Origin: an uncultured virus (IMG/VR IMGVR_UViG_3300042888_001173)
Taxonomy: Duplodnaviria > Heunggongvirae > Uroviricota > Caudoviricetes
Length of the DNA: 55,557 nucleotides
Reading direction: 5' to 3' (one strand)
IMG/VR virus record: IMGVR_UViG_3300042888_001173
Below, piece by piece: positions 6,702 to 15,853 of this stretch. The number at the start of each line of letters is the position of its first letter. The first letter of the stretch is position 1. A program made the position numbers and the translations under genes. The notes beneath the pieces were generated by a model, which did no database searches, was not told where the DNA came from, and saw only the letters and a list, made by a program, of their open reading frames with translations.

Positions 6702-9031
6702 AATTTACAGGCCTCGCAGTCCTCTTCTATTTCATATCCATTTACAGAATTTGTGTGTCCGTTTACTTGCACCACTAATTGTTCTTCTTGCATTTTGCTT
6801 CCTGCTTTGTTAATCAAGCTATAGTAGAATGTTTTTAATCCCCACATATGTGCCTGCATCAAATTCTTAGCAATCAGGGTTGTTGGAACTTTGCGTTCTG
6901 GAAAATGTGCAGGATTATAGAATGTGTTAGTTGAAATTGATTGATCAACATAAGCAGCAATAACAGCCGCTGTTTTCAAATAACCATCGCAGTCTTTTTG
7001 TTCCCACATCAATTGATATTTGTTTTTTAATCTATTATATTCTGGAACAACCTGCGTAAACGATCCTGCCTTTGATTCTTTAGTGCTGATCAAGCTCATT
7101 GGCATTTCAATGCCGTTAGTTGAATCAATTACCACTGAGCTTGATTCAACAGGTGCTACCGCCATCAAGGTGGCATTACGAACACCGTGTTCTTTCATAT
7201 TCGTACGTAGTGCTTCCCAATCAAGTTCAGGCGTAAAGTCTGCTAGTTCGTTGACTCCCTTAGCCCGCAGTTCCCAGGGAAACACACCTTGTCCGTAACG
7301 TGTTTTGGCACTCTCTAAACAAGGTCCACGTTCCTTGGCCAGTTCAACTGTGGCTTCTGTGAGATAGTAGGCCTGATGCTCCATCCAGGTTTTGACTTCT
7401 GCCAATGCATCCTGTTCCCCGTACTTCAATGAACGCTTGGCGTGCCAATAGGCTAGATTAGTAATGCCAATGCCTAGGGGCTGTATCTCATCATTACTTA
7501 ATTTACTTTGTATTGATAAGAAGTCTTGATAGTCAAGAATGTTACACAGGCTACGCTGTAGAATCCTGCAGGCTCTACGCATATCCTCCGGGTTCCGGAA
7601 CGCTCCCCAGTTGATAGATCCCAGTGTACATAACGCTATGCGGCCATCCTCGTCGTCTAATCTCTTAAATGAACGGGTGGGTAATAGGATCTCACAACAC
7701 AAGTTACTTTGATAAATCGTATGATACTCAGGATCAAATGGTCCTTGATTCATTACATTATCAATGAATACAAGATATATTCGACCTGTGTCTGTGCGTT
7801 CTTTCAGTATACCACTCTTGAAAACTTCTTCGGCACTCATGGTCTTGGTACGCAGGTCTTTGCGTTTTTCGTACTTTACGTAGAGCTCTTCGAAGCGTTC
7901 TGTGTTTTGATAAAACGCTTCGTATAAGTCTGGTACTTGGTTGGGATCAAAGAACGTTATTTGTTCTTTGTTTTTAAATCGTCTCCAGAAGAAAGCACTA
8001 AGCACAACCCCATAATCCATATGACGGACTCGGGTTTCTTCTGTTCCTTGGTTGTTTTTAAGCACAATAAGATCATCAAACTGATGATGCCAAATAGGAT
8101 AAAAAACAGTAGCACTTGCATTACGAATACCTCCTTGACTGCAACTTCTTAGGTCGCCGAACCATTTTTTCAGGAAAGGTATCATACCTGTGTGCATAAT
8201 CTCACCACCACGGATGGGACTGCCTAGTGGACGCAATCGTCCTATCTCCAAACCAATGCCTGCTCGCTTGCTGGCATACTTGGCCATCATTTCACCTGAA
8301 GCAAATATACTGTCCAGATCATCGTCACTCCTGATAAGTACGCAACTACTAAACTGTTTAGTAGGAGTCCCAAGACCAGCGAGCACAGGAGTAGCAAGAG
8401 TAAACAAGCCGTCACTAGCTGCTGTGTAATATTCTTTGATGTAGCGCATTCTCGATGCATTCTGTTCTTCTCGGTGAAATACAGTAGCGGCCGCGACCAT
8501 GTATCTAATTTGTGGAGTTTCATAAGTTTCCTTTGTGGCACGATTCTTGACCAAATATTTTTCAATCAACTGCTCGATGGCAGCATACCCATATTCTTCA
8601 TCTTTAGAATGATCCAGCATGTCATTCATCTTGTTCCAATCTTCTTCGTTGTACCAAGTCAATAATTCAGCTGTGTACAAACCAGTGGCCACATTGGTTT
8701 TTACAATCTCGTAGAGGTGGGGAGGCTCGTAGGAGCCATAAACATCCTTACGCAACATACTTAAACGTTGCTTGCCTGCTACATATTGATAGTTAACATG
8801 TCCAACATCTGGATTTGATTCTACATCAATCAAATCCACAATAGCTCTCAGCGTGATGCCATCTATTTCTTGTGTGGTGATTCCATCGTAAAAATGTGGC
8901 TGGGCTTTGATTTCAATCATGCTCTGACTGACATCGGCTATTCCTCTACATACTTTTGCAATCTGTGTCTGCCATTTTTCCAGTGTCAACTGTTCTCTTT
9001 GCCCATTGCGTTTAATCACCGTTATTGTCAT
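6698..9031 (-). CDS. nrdA: Class Ia ribonucleotide reductase alpha subunit with ATP cone (start ATG 9031)
   Basis: VIKRNG ATP cone, QFSSC, SNLCCEI, KTFYY, C-terminal CEACKL. Confidence 0.97.
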   Translation of the reverse strand: MTITVIKRNGQREQLTLEKWQTQIAKVCRGIADVSQSMIEIKAQPHFYDGITTQEIDGITLRAIVDLIDVESNPDVGHVNYQYVAGKQRLSMLRKDVYGSYEPPHLYEIVKTNVATGLYTAELLTWYNEEDWNKMNDMLDHSKDEEYGYAAIEQLIEKYLVKNRATKETYETPQIRYMVAAATVFHREEQNASRMRYIKEYYTAASDGLFTLATPVLAGLGTPTKQFSSCVLIRSDDDLDSIFASGEMMAKYASKRAGIGLEIGRLRPLGSPIRGGEIMHTGMIPFLKKWFGDLRSCSQGGIRNASATVFYPIWHHQFDDLIVLKNNQGTEETRVRHMDYGVVLSAFFWRRFKNKEQITFFDPNQVPDLYEAFYQNTERFEELYVKYEKRKDLRTKTMSAEEVFKSGILKERTDTGRIYLVFIDNVMNQGPFDPEYHTIYQSNLCCEILLPTRSFKRLDDEDGRIALCTLGSINWGAFRNPEDMRRACRILQRSLCNILDYQDFLSIQSKLSNDEIQPLGIGITNLAYWHAKRSLKYGEQDALAEVKTWMEHQAYYLTEATVELAKERGPCLESAKTRYGQGVFPWELRAKGVNELADFTPELDWEALRTNMKEHGVRNATLMAVAPVESSSVVIDSTNGIEMPMSLISTKESKAGSFTQVVPEYNRLKNKYQLMWEQKDCDGYLKTAAVIAAYVDQSISTNTFYNPAHFPERKVPTTLIAKNLMQAHMWGLKTFYYSLINKAGSKMQEEQLVVQVNGHTNSVNGYEIEEDCEACKL

Positions 9032-9065
9032 TGTTTTCTCTACGTTATTCTTTGCGATCTGATAT

Positions 9066-9524
9066 TTATTTGTTACTGTTATTTGTCCAGATGATGCTGG
9101 TTTCAACTCCGCTTAATTCAACAGTTGACAAAACACACCCATATTCCAGGTTTAAAACGTGATTGTCTACTACCAAAAAATATTTACTGTACCTACTGGC
9201 TTCCATTGTAGACATATGTATCTCAAATCGACTTGCTATAAACCGCTGTGTTAACTTTAAAGTATACAGCATTCCAAGAACAATAGCAAGCTCATCTAGT
9301 TTAGAATTTAAAACTAGATGCCAAGGATCCGGCCACTTGTCCGGAGTAAGGGGGTTGAGATAATGACTAACAAATGGTGCTCGACTCCAAAGATGTGCAA
9401 CATCCTCTAGTGGAGTTTGGCTAGTTTCTATGCTATCACGAAATTGTTTCCATTTTATTAATCTATCATTGTTGTATAGATCAAACACCGTAGGTAATAT
9501 TATATTCGATTGAACCAATAGCAC
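9066..9524 (-). CDS. Hypothetical phage protein
   Basis: ORF fills the gap; WPDPW motif; the true start is probably the GTG coupled to the upstream stop. Confidence 0.7.
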   Translation of the reverse strand: MLLVQSNIILPTVFDLYNNDRLIKWKQFRDSIETSQTPLEDVAHLWSRAPFVSHYLNPLTPDKWPDPWHLVLNSKLDELAIVLGMLYTLKLTQRFIASRFEIHMSTMEASRYSKYFLVVDNHVLNLEYGCVLSTVELSGVETSIIWTNNSNK

Positions 9525-11352
9525 CAGAAATTAATGGGTTTTGATATTTAAGAAGTAGGGTGTCATTATTTGGTCCAGCTGAATCATCATAGTTGCTGTT
9601 GTTTTTTAGTTCTGCAAAAAATTCGAATCCTGTCATAACAATTCCTCCTCCCGAATAGGTATATGTATCTGAAATTTCTATGTCAGTGTTAAATGTGTTA
9701 ATCACTATGACAACTTGTCCGGTCCTTACGTGCTGACCTAATCTCAAAGTGTAATCAACATAAATGTAGTTGTTGTATGCACTGAACACAGCCAATGGTC
9801 TTGGTGCATCACTGAGATATAGTTCGCTGTAGTTTCTATCCACTAGGCTGGCTGAGCTAGCATTTTCAAATTCCACTCTAGTATCTGCAGTAGTCACACT
9901 GACAATTCCAGATTCTTGATGTCGATTGCTGGAACAGTTTACCAATGTGTTGCCGAAGGATTCACCAAATGACACTATACTAGTATATGGTGAAGACGCA
10001 CTGTTGGTGTTGTTGCCACAGTTGGTGAATCTAGATCTTTGAAACTGTGTTCCTCTTCCTTGAGTACTAATGAATGCTTGATTGGCCACTTCTTCAAAGT
10101 GACAGTCGTCAATGTGCCAAAGATTTCCCTGACCAACAACACCGCCAATATATATTCCTGTATCACAGACAAAAAATTCACAGTGTTCAAAATCCACTAC
10201 TGAATCAAATGACACAGTCTGTTGGCATTCCACTGCCAATGGTGTTGAATGCCATTTGCAATCTTCAAACACCAGTTTGTTGACTCTGGTGCCAAACAAG
10301 TTATTTTCCCAAAATACTGATGCAGTTACATTGGCAGACCCATCTGTGAATTCTGCCAGCACTGGAGTAATAGTGCTGGTACTGCCGCTGCCCGAAGACA
10401 AGCTGGTCACTGTGAAATTAGATTGCACTGTTGCGGCCAATGTTGCATCTGACTTGGAACTAATTTTAATACTACCGCCTACCACAACAGCTTCAAAGTT
10501 TGCACTAAATGTGGCATCAGCATTTAATGTTCCTACTGCTATGCCTAGGGTGTTGGCAAAAGTACTGGTAAAGGCAGTGTTGATAGTTGAACTCACTCCG
10601 CTGCCCGATACTATGACGTTACCACCTATACTCATTGTGGGTATGTTGTACAAACAACTGGCATTTTCCGGCACAAACACAGCATCACCTAACACATATC
10701 CAGATTGCCATTTAACACTTTTGAATTTACATTCCTGTGAACCGGTTATGACTGTTTGACCATCGTTATGATTAATGGTTAAATTTTCTATCACAATGCC
10801 TTGCGGTCTACCGGAGATGTCTTGGAAGATAATATTGTTATCTCCTATTTCTAGAACTGTTTCTTGTGAATTTTCTCCCTTGATCAACACATTGCTAGGT
10901 ATAATTAGATCATCAAGAAAAAGATACACACCATTTGGCACAGCCAATATTTTTTTAAATTTATCGTTGGAATTTTTAAACAGTTCATCAATGGCCGTGG
11001 TAAATGCTAGAGTGCTGTCAGTTGATCCGTCTGGTATTGCACCAAAATCTACCACACTGACCTGTATCTCATCTATTTTAGACTGCAATCCACGAGCAAT
11101 ACTGAGAGTAATTGAATTATCATCGGCAGCAAATCTATAGCTGGCGGCCAATTCTAAAATATTATCGTGTTCAGTAAGGACTTTGGTGTTGCCCACTGCC
11201 GGGGCACCTTCAGCAACACTGCCGTTGCCTATGAATAGTTCTTGACTGTCAACAGCCCAGGCAAATTCTGCTGAACTCAGTTGTGGAACACCTATGCCTG
11301 AATTTTTTTGGCCTCTTCTGACCTGGATTTTCGAGATTTGAATTACAGCCAC
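9481..11352 (-). CDS. Tail fibre/spike-like protein with an Mtd-N-like N-terminus and a pectate-lyase-like beta-helix
   Basis: IQVRRG...EFAWAVDSQELFIGNG; VSVVDFGAIPDGSTDST.AF...VPNGVY. Confidence 0.75.
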   Translation of the reverse strand: MAVIQISKIQVRRGQKNSGIGVPQLSSAEFAWAVDSQELFIGNGSVAEGAPAVGNTKVLTEHDNILELAASYRFAADDNSITLSIARGLQSKIDEIQVSVVDFGAIPDGSTDSTLAFTTAIDELFKNSNDKFKKILAVPNGVYLFLDDLIIPSNVLIKGENSQETVLEIGDNNIIFQDISGRPQGIVIENLTINHNDGQTVITGSQECKFKSVKWQSGYVLGDAVFVPENASCLYNIPTMSIGGNVIVSGSGVSSTINTAFTSTFANTLGIAVGTLNADATFSANFEAVVVGGSIKISSKSDATLAATVQSNFTVTSLSSGSGSTSTITPVLAEFTDGSANVTASVFWENNLFGTRVNKLVFEDCKWHSTPLAVECQQTVSFDSVVDFEHCEFFVCDTGIYIGGVVGQGNLWHIDDCHFEEVANQAFISTQGRGTQFQRSRFTNCGNNTNSASSPYTSIVSFGESFGNTLVNCSSNRHQESGIVSVTTADTRVEFENASSASLVDRNYSELYLSDAPRPLAVFSAYNNYIYVDYTLRLGQHVRTGQVVIVINTFNTDIEISDTYTYSGGGIVMTGFEFFAELKNNSNYDDSAGPNNDTLLLKYQNPLISGAIGSIEYNITYGV

Positions 11353-11381
11353 TTTGATATCCTCTATGCGTTATAGAGTAT

Positions 11382-12077
11382 TTATCTACCTAGCTTGTAG
11401 TATTCCTCTACCTTTGTGAGCCAGGCATCCTGCCACTTGTTGAAGTCTGTAGGTTCTAGTGTGAACTGCTGATATTGAAAGTCTCGTGAACACATAAAGA
11501 TAACACCTTTCTTGATGTCTGTGCCATAGACTTCATTATGTGCTAATATATAGGCCATCAGCTGTAGGTAGTAATCTTCTACCCATTCCGCTTTCTTGGG
11601 CTTGTTGGTCTGTTTGTAATCGCATACTGCGGGCTCTCCATCGTGTACTGCAACTAGATCAGTTGTACCTGAAAACAATCCCGGATAGTATAGACTCTGT
11701 TCCATAGCCCATACTTCGGATACTTTTGATAATCCATTTTCAATAATAACATCAGCCATTTTGTTAGCCTGTACGTGAACAGGATTGTTACCAGGCTGTC
11801 GTTGTATACCAGCAATGAATCTTTCTAGATTGCTGTGCATGGCTGTGCCTACGCCTGCAGCTTCAGTGGTAATCTGTTGTGCTTTTTCAACTCCTACTCG
11901 TTTCTTCCATTCGTTCAAATGAGTCATGTCTTTGGTGGCACTCAATATAGTAGTCACTGAGGGTAGACTTTCGCCGTCGGGAGTTTGGTAAACACGTTTA
12001 CGTGTTACGGGGTCGTTGATTTGAACACAATTTTTATATTGGAAACGTTCAACAAAGGGTGGTGGGTTGATAATCAT
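11382..12077 (-). CDS. PD-(D/E)XK exonuclease (MGME1/Cas4-like fold)
   Basis: PSVTTIL, GTAMH, GTTDL, DYKQ, QLMAY; no Fe-S cysteines. Confidence 0.85.
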   Translation of the reverse strand: MIINPPPFVERFQYKNCVQINDPVTRKRVYQTPDGESLPSVTTILSATKDMTHLNEWKKRVGVEKAQQITTEAAGVGTAMHSNLERFIAGIQRQPGNNPVHVQANKMADVIIENGLSKVSEVWAMEQSLYYPGLFSGTTDLVAVHDGEPAVCDYKQTNKPKKAEWVEDYYLQLMAYILAHNEVYGTDIKKGVIFMCSRDFQYQQFTLEPTDFNKWQDAWLTKVEEYYKLGR

Positions 12078-12086
12078 ATACTGTAT

Positions 12087-12115
12087 ATATTACAGTAAAG
12101 ATATTATGTTGTCAA
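12087..12115 (-). promoter_or_regulatory. sigma70-type promoter for the exonuclease
   Basis: TTGACA (12115-12110), 17 bp, TAATAT (12092-12087). Confidence 0.6.
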
Positions 12116-12480
12116 GCCTGGGTGGCTAATTGTTGTGGGGCAGCACTGGCTGCAATTTTATCTACTTCCGCTTGACTGTCTTTGGTGCCGTCTGGTTTTT
12201 GTTTTTCGCTGCCGGCGCCTGGCACTTTGAGCTCAATGCCGTCATCATTGAAATTTGAAATCATTGCCTGTACTGCCGGACTTGAATCGTACATGGCTTT
12301 GAAAGTTTCATAATCAGCGGTAAGCTCAAATCCGTTGATTGCTAAAACTTTGTTGAGTCCGTTCCAATTTAATTTCGAAGGGGCTTTTTGACTGGCAGCA
12401 CGACCTATATAGTTTCTAAGAACCATTATGAATCGATCAATTTCTATTCCGGAGTTTCCGCCAAATTCAAAAAATCTCAT
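12112..12480 (-). CDS. Hypothetical protein (MRFFEF N-terminus), probably virion-associated
   Basis: 122-aa ORF translationally coupled to the upstream gene. Confidence 0.7.
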   Translation of the reverse strand: MRFFEFGGNSGIEIDRFIMVLRNYIGRAASQKAPSKLNWNGLNKVLAINGFELTADYETFKAMYDSSPAVQAMISNFNDDGIELKVPGAGSEKQKPDGTKDSQAEVDKIAASAAPQQLATQA

Positions 12481-12779
12481 TTTAGTGTGCTCAATTCTTT
12501 AGTAAGTTCTTGAATCTGCTTTTGCATTTCTTTAATCTGCTCTTGAATGGCTTTCTTTCGTTCGGCCATCTGTTTGACCTGAGCTGCCTGCTGTTTGGCC
12601 ATTGCTTGAGGATCCATTGCTGGGGCCGGTGGCTGACCGGCAGCTGGAGGTTTTGATCCTGCAGCACCAGCTGCAAATGTTCCCAACGGAGACGGTTTAG
12701 CACCCGGAGCCGCTGCACCAGGCATAGGAGGTGTTAACTCTCTTAGTCGTAACCCACTGGTGAATTCTTCGAGTTTCAT
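12477..12779 (-). CDS. Pro/Ala-rich protein with a C-terminal coiled coil
   Basis: ORF composition; ATGA coupling. Confidence 0.7.
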   Translation of the reverse strand: MKLEEFTSGLRLRELTPPMPGAAAPGAKPSPLGTFAAGAAGSKPPAAGQPPAPAMDPQAMAKQQAAQVKQMAERKKAIQEQIKEMQKQIQELTKELSTLK

Positions 12780-13987
12780 CCTGCTAATGCTCTCATCAAA
12801 CGATTCTGATGGTTGATACTTTCGCGCATCTCACGACCTGCTTCTTCTGCACCACCTGCAGCTGGCTCAGCAGCGGCAAATTCGTCTCCACCTAATTCAG
12901 CATCTGCGTTCATGGCATCGGGTTCAGCAGCCATGTCAGCTGCCGGCTCGCCGCCTAACATATTGACAGGCTGTTCTTCACCTGTTAGTGTACGTACTCC
13001 AGTGGCCAATGCTTCACGTGTGGTCTTGAGATTTTCCAAGGCTGATTGAATTGCCGGAGCCACTGCTTCAATAAATCCCTTTGCCTGTTCTTGTCCCATT
13101 TCGTCACGGATGCTATCACCTAACTGCAATAGAGTATCATTCTCCATACCGCTTAGTTCTTCAATCCAACGGCCCACTCTGTCAACCATGGTCTTTGCTG
13201 TGACGATCGCACTTGCTTGCTGGATCTCACCTTCTCTTAAATTATTCATACTTTCTCCTGTTTGTTCTATGCTTTCATTCTCTTTTTTGTAAATCTTATT
13301 GTCAGCTTTTTCACTGCCTCTCATACGATTCATAACTTTCTTTGCACTCTTGTCTGTGGTCATATAGTCGCCGGAAGTCATTGTGTTTACAATGTCTTTG
13401 CCTGCTTTGTCTTGATAAGATTTTAGAGTGTTTGTACTTAATTCTGTTTGAATGTTTTCGCTTCCAACCATATCTTTGAACTGATCTTCTAGATCTTCTA
13501 GGTAGTCGGCCATGTCAATTTCGCCACCGTCTTGATCACTATAGGCATAATATACTTCTTCCACAGCAGATTCAACATCACCTTGATTGAGAGCTGCTAG
13601 TACTTTATTATAATCAGGATCACCGTAGCCACCACGTTCGTTCATGTTTTCATCAAAGTTTTTGAGGATCATCATCAATGCTTGTTTGTCGATGTCTGCA
13701 CCTTCTTGTACTGTGTTGTCTACAATAGGTTCATCACGCTCTGATAATTCAGCTACTATGGCATCGTGCATGAACTGTGCCTGTGACAGTGCATCATTTT
13801 CCACAGTTTCATTGAAGCCAGAACTGCTACGTGCTGTGTAGATCTGTGTGCGCAGTTTGTTTCTAGCATCTTCCAGCTGTTCAACATTGAATGTTTCTAG
13901 ATTCAGTTTGCGACCAAAAGTCTTAAACATACTTTCGTTCAGTCTTTTACTGGTTCTATTAATTTTGAAGAGATCTGTGGTTTTCAT
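12776..13987 (-). CDS. Acidic, scaffold/inner-head-like protein
   Basis: 403 aa, Glu/Ala-rich, many L/I-x-E sites, ELSxxTLKSY motif; TAAATA upstream. Confidence 0.55.
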   Translation of the reverse strand: MKTTDLFKINRTSKRLNESMFKTFGRKLNLETFNVEQLEDARNKLRTQIYTARSSSGFNETVENDALSQAQFMHDAIVAELSERDEPIVDNTVQEGADIDKQALMMILKNFDENMNERGGYGDPDYNKVLAALNQGDVESAVEEVYYAYSDQDGGEIDMADYLEDLEDQFKDMVGSENIQTELSTNTLKSYQDKAGKDIVNTMTSGDYMTTDKSAKKVMNRMRGSEKADNKIYKKENESIEQTGESMNNLREGEIQQASAIVTAKTMVDRVGRWIEELSGMENDTLLQLGDSIRDEMGQEQAKGFIEAVAPAIQSALENLKTTREALATGVRTLTGEEQPVNMLGGEPAADMAAEPDAMNADAELGGDEFAAAEPAAGGAEEAGREMRESINHQNRLMRALAG

Positions 13988-14018
13988 ATTGGTTGATCCA
14001 TAGTGATGTATTATTTAT

Positions 14019-14459
14019 TCAGAAATAAGTCAAAGCGGTTACAGTTTCTTTGGCAGCTAGAGTTTTATCTCTGCTTTCGCAGTACCTTGCCCAAAGAGTA
14101 TCCGCTTTTTCATAGTTTTTAGTTATGACAGCTTTTTGATACTGTGTTCTTAGAATCTGACTATCTGTGAACCATTTGCCGTACTCTTGGTCTAATCTGT
14201 AAATTTTATCTACGGTTGCAGAATTGGTATTTTTTGTCACTAGATTGGCCATTCTGATTGCTGTGGCATTGAGATTAATGTTGCTGTAGATAAGACTGTT
14301 GTGCCTATAAAGATGTTTTGTAGTTTCTTCACTGACGATTAACACATCACCTACAAGAATACCTTCAGCAACCTTCAGTGGCAGAATGTGGTTGTCAGCT
14401 ATGAGTTTATGCTGTGCGTTAGCTACTAAGTGCTCTAACCGCCGCTGTATGTTTGTCAT
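14019..14459 (-). CDS. Hypothetical protein
   Basis: 146-aa ORF. Confidence 0.75.
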   Translation of the reverse strand: MTNIQRRLEHLVANAQHKLIADNHILPLKVAEGILVGDVLIVSEETTKHLYRHNSLIYSNINLNATAIRMANLVTKNTNSATVDKIYRLDQEYGKWFTDSQILRTQYQKAVITKNYEKADTLWARYCESRDKTLAAKETVTALTYF

Positions 14460-14481
14460 AAAAAAAGGACCTATGGCCCTT
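14460..14481 (-). terminator. Intrinsic terminator-like hairpin
   Basis: AAGGGCC-ATA-GGTCCTTTTTTT. Confidence 0.55.
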
Positions 14482-14501
14482 ATTTAAGTGGGTGATTGAT
14501 A

Positions 14502-14807
14502 TTAGCTAAACATCTTGGCAACTAGATCCATATGCCCTGATACCCAGCCTAATACCGCTACGCCACCAGCAGTCATATAGATCCATTTTTGTCTAAATTT
14601 TTCTAATTCTGTAATTTTACTGGCCAATTGACTATGTTGTTCACAGCTTGCACCATACATGTCTTCTAGTTTGGCCATGACACTTTCTCTAGTTTTATCT
14701 AGACAGTCGTGCATGTCTTTAACATCAACCTTGATCTCATCTAATTTTTCGTCTAGGTTCGCTACCTTGGTTTCTACTACACCAAGTCGTTCTACGGTTG
14801 TGGCCAT
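14502..14807 (-). CDS. Coiled-coil protein with a C-terminal TM helix (holin/XhlA-like)
   Basis: Heptad pattern followed by KWIYMTAGGVAVLGWV. Confidence 0.5.
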   Translation of the reverse strand: MATTVERLGVVETKVANLDEKLDEIKVDVKDMHDCLDKTRESVMAKLEDMYGASCEQHSQLASKITELEKFRQKWIYMTAGGVAVLGWVSGHMDLVAKMFS

Positions 14808-14903
14808 GTAGGCTGTTTCCTTTTATGTTAAGTCAAGTGCTCGCTCCGAGCCATGTGCCTAAGTGTTCCGAAATGCCTAATTGTTTTGCCTGTTAAATTA
14901 TAT

Positions 14904-15308
14904 TTATCCCGCTTGTGAGATTTCGTATATCCAAATATTTGCACGATCACCTTTGGTTTGAAATATTGAAGGTGTAATATCTACTGAATTATTTAACTGA
15001 TTTATCACAGGAACACCTTCAAGGTCATCCAACAGCAGACCCACTGGATCGTCACCAAGTCGAAAAACAAAATCTCTTTCAACTGAAAATTCCCAAATCC
15101 AATGAGTGGCAGCACCTTCTATAGCATCGGGTAGTCTACCTGTGTGGCATTCTGGGTCTCGATCCCATTCCACATTTGACCTAATGCCAATGGCCTGTAT
15201 GAGGCTGTTGAAATTGGCCTGTTGCCCCAATTTCAAATGATCTGTTTCTGATCTAGATGGACGAGAACGTGTGATATCAACCACACTGACAAGTTTGAAC
15301 AGTTGCAT
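14904..15308 (-). CDS. Hypothetical phage protein
   Basis: 134-aa ORF with TAAATA upstream. Confidence 0.75.
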   Translation of the reverse strand: MQLFKLVSVVDITRSRPSRSETDHLKLGQQANFNSLIQAIGIRSNVEWDRDPECHTGRLPDAIEGAATHWIWEFSVERDFVFRLGDDPVGLLLDDLEGVPVINQLNNSVDITPSIFQTKGDRANIWIYEISQAG

Positions 15309-15348
15309 AATTATATGCTACTATTTAACTCTACAAAATTGTAGTCGT

Positions 15349-15372
15349 AAAAAAGCCCGGCGAACCGGGCTT
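15349..15372 (-). terminator. Intrinsic terminator
   Basis: AAGCCCGG-TTCG-CCGGGCTTTTTT. Confidence 0.9.
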
Positions 15373-15399
15373 AGTCTTCCCATCCCTGAGAATTTAAAA

Positions 15400-15768
15400 T
15401 TACATACCTTCTAGGTCTGTCGGAACAGTTACTGTAATTGTGTTGGAATCAGACAATGTAGCAACACCGCTGCCGGCTGTATTAGTAAATGTACCTGTAT
15501 CTAGAACTTGAGCAATTAGTCTAGCAACAGCGTCGATGCTGGTGCTGTGACGATCTGCTACCATAAAAATTTCAAGACCGTTGCTTTTGAATTGAAACAA
15601 ACGAGCTATAGAACCTAGTGCATCGGAAATCTTTGCTGCGGCTGCGTCTGAAGCTGCTACTGCTAGTCCTGATCCATTTAGAACTACTTTGTAGAATGTT
15701 AATTCGGATGTGTATTGAATTGTACCGCGAGCTACTGCTGTTGGATTTGTTCTTGTGAATGTTGCCAT
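15400..15768 (-). CDS. Small Ala/Thr-rich protein, probably an abundant virion/decoration protein
   Basis: Strong AAGGAG RBS, its own TAAATA motif and terminator. Confidence 0.55.
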   Translation of the reverse strand: MATFTRTNPTAVARGTIQYTSELTFYKVVLNGSGLAVAASDAAAAKISDALGSIARLFQFKSNGLEIFMVADRHSTSIDAVARLIAQVLDTGTFTNTAGSGVATLSDSNTITVTVPTDLEGM

Positions 15769-15853
15769 GATATGTTCTCCTTAAATCAATAGTCCCGCTC
15801 CGGGACTGGCATATTATTTAGTCAGATTGGAAAAAACCGTGGTCTTAGACCTG

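Noticed and set aside
5416..9031. Intron or intein in nrdA/nrdB
   Set aside because: Both frames are continuous, of normal length and show no splicing motifs
9481..11352. Diversity-generating retroelement target (Mtd-like N-terminus)
   Set aside because: No reverse transcriptase or template/variable repeat pair with adenine-specific mismatches is visible in the window
11382..12077. Cas4 of a CRISPR system
   Set aside because: It lacks the Fe-S cysteine set and any CRISPR context, so it fits a stand-alone phage exonuclease
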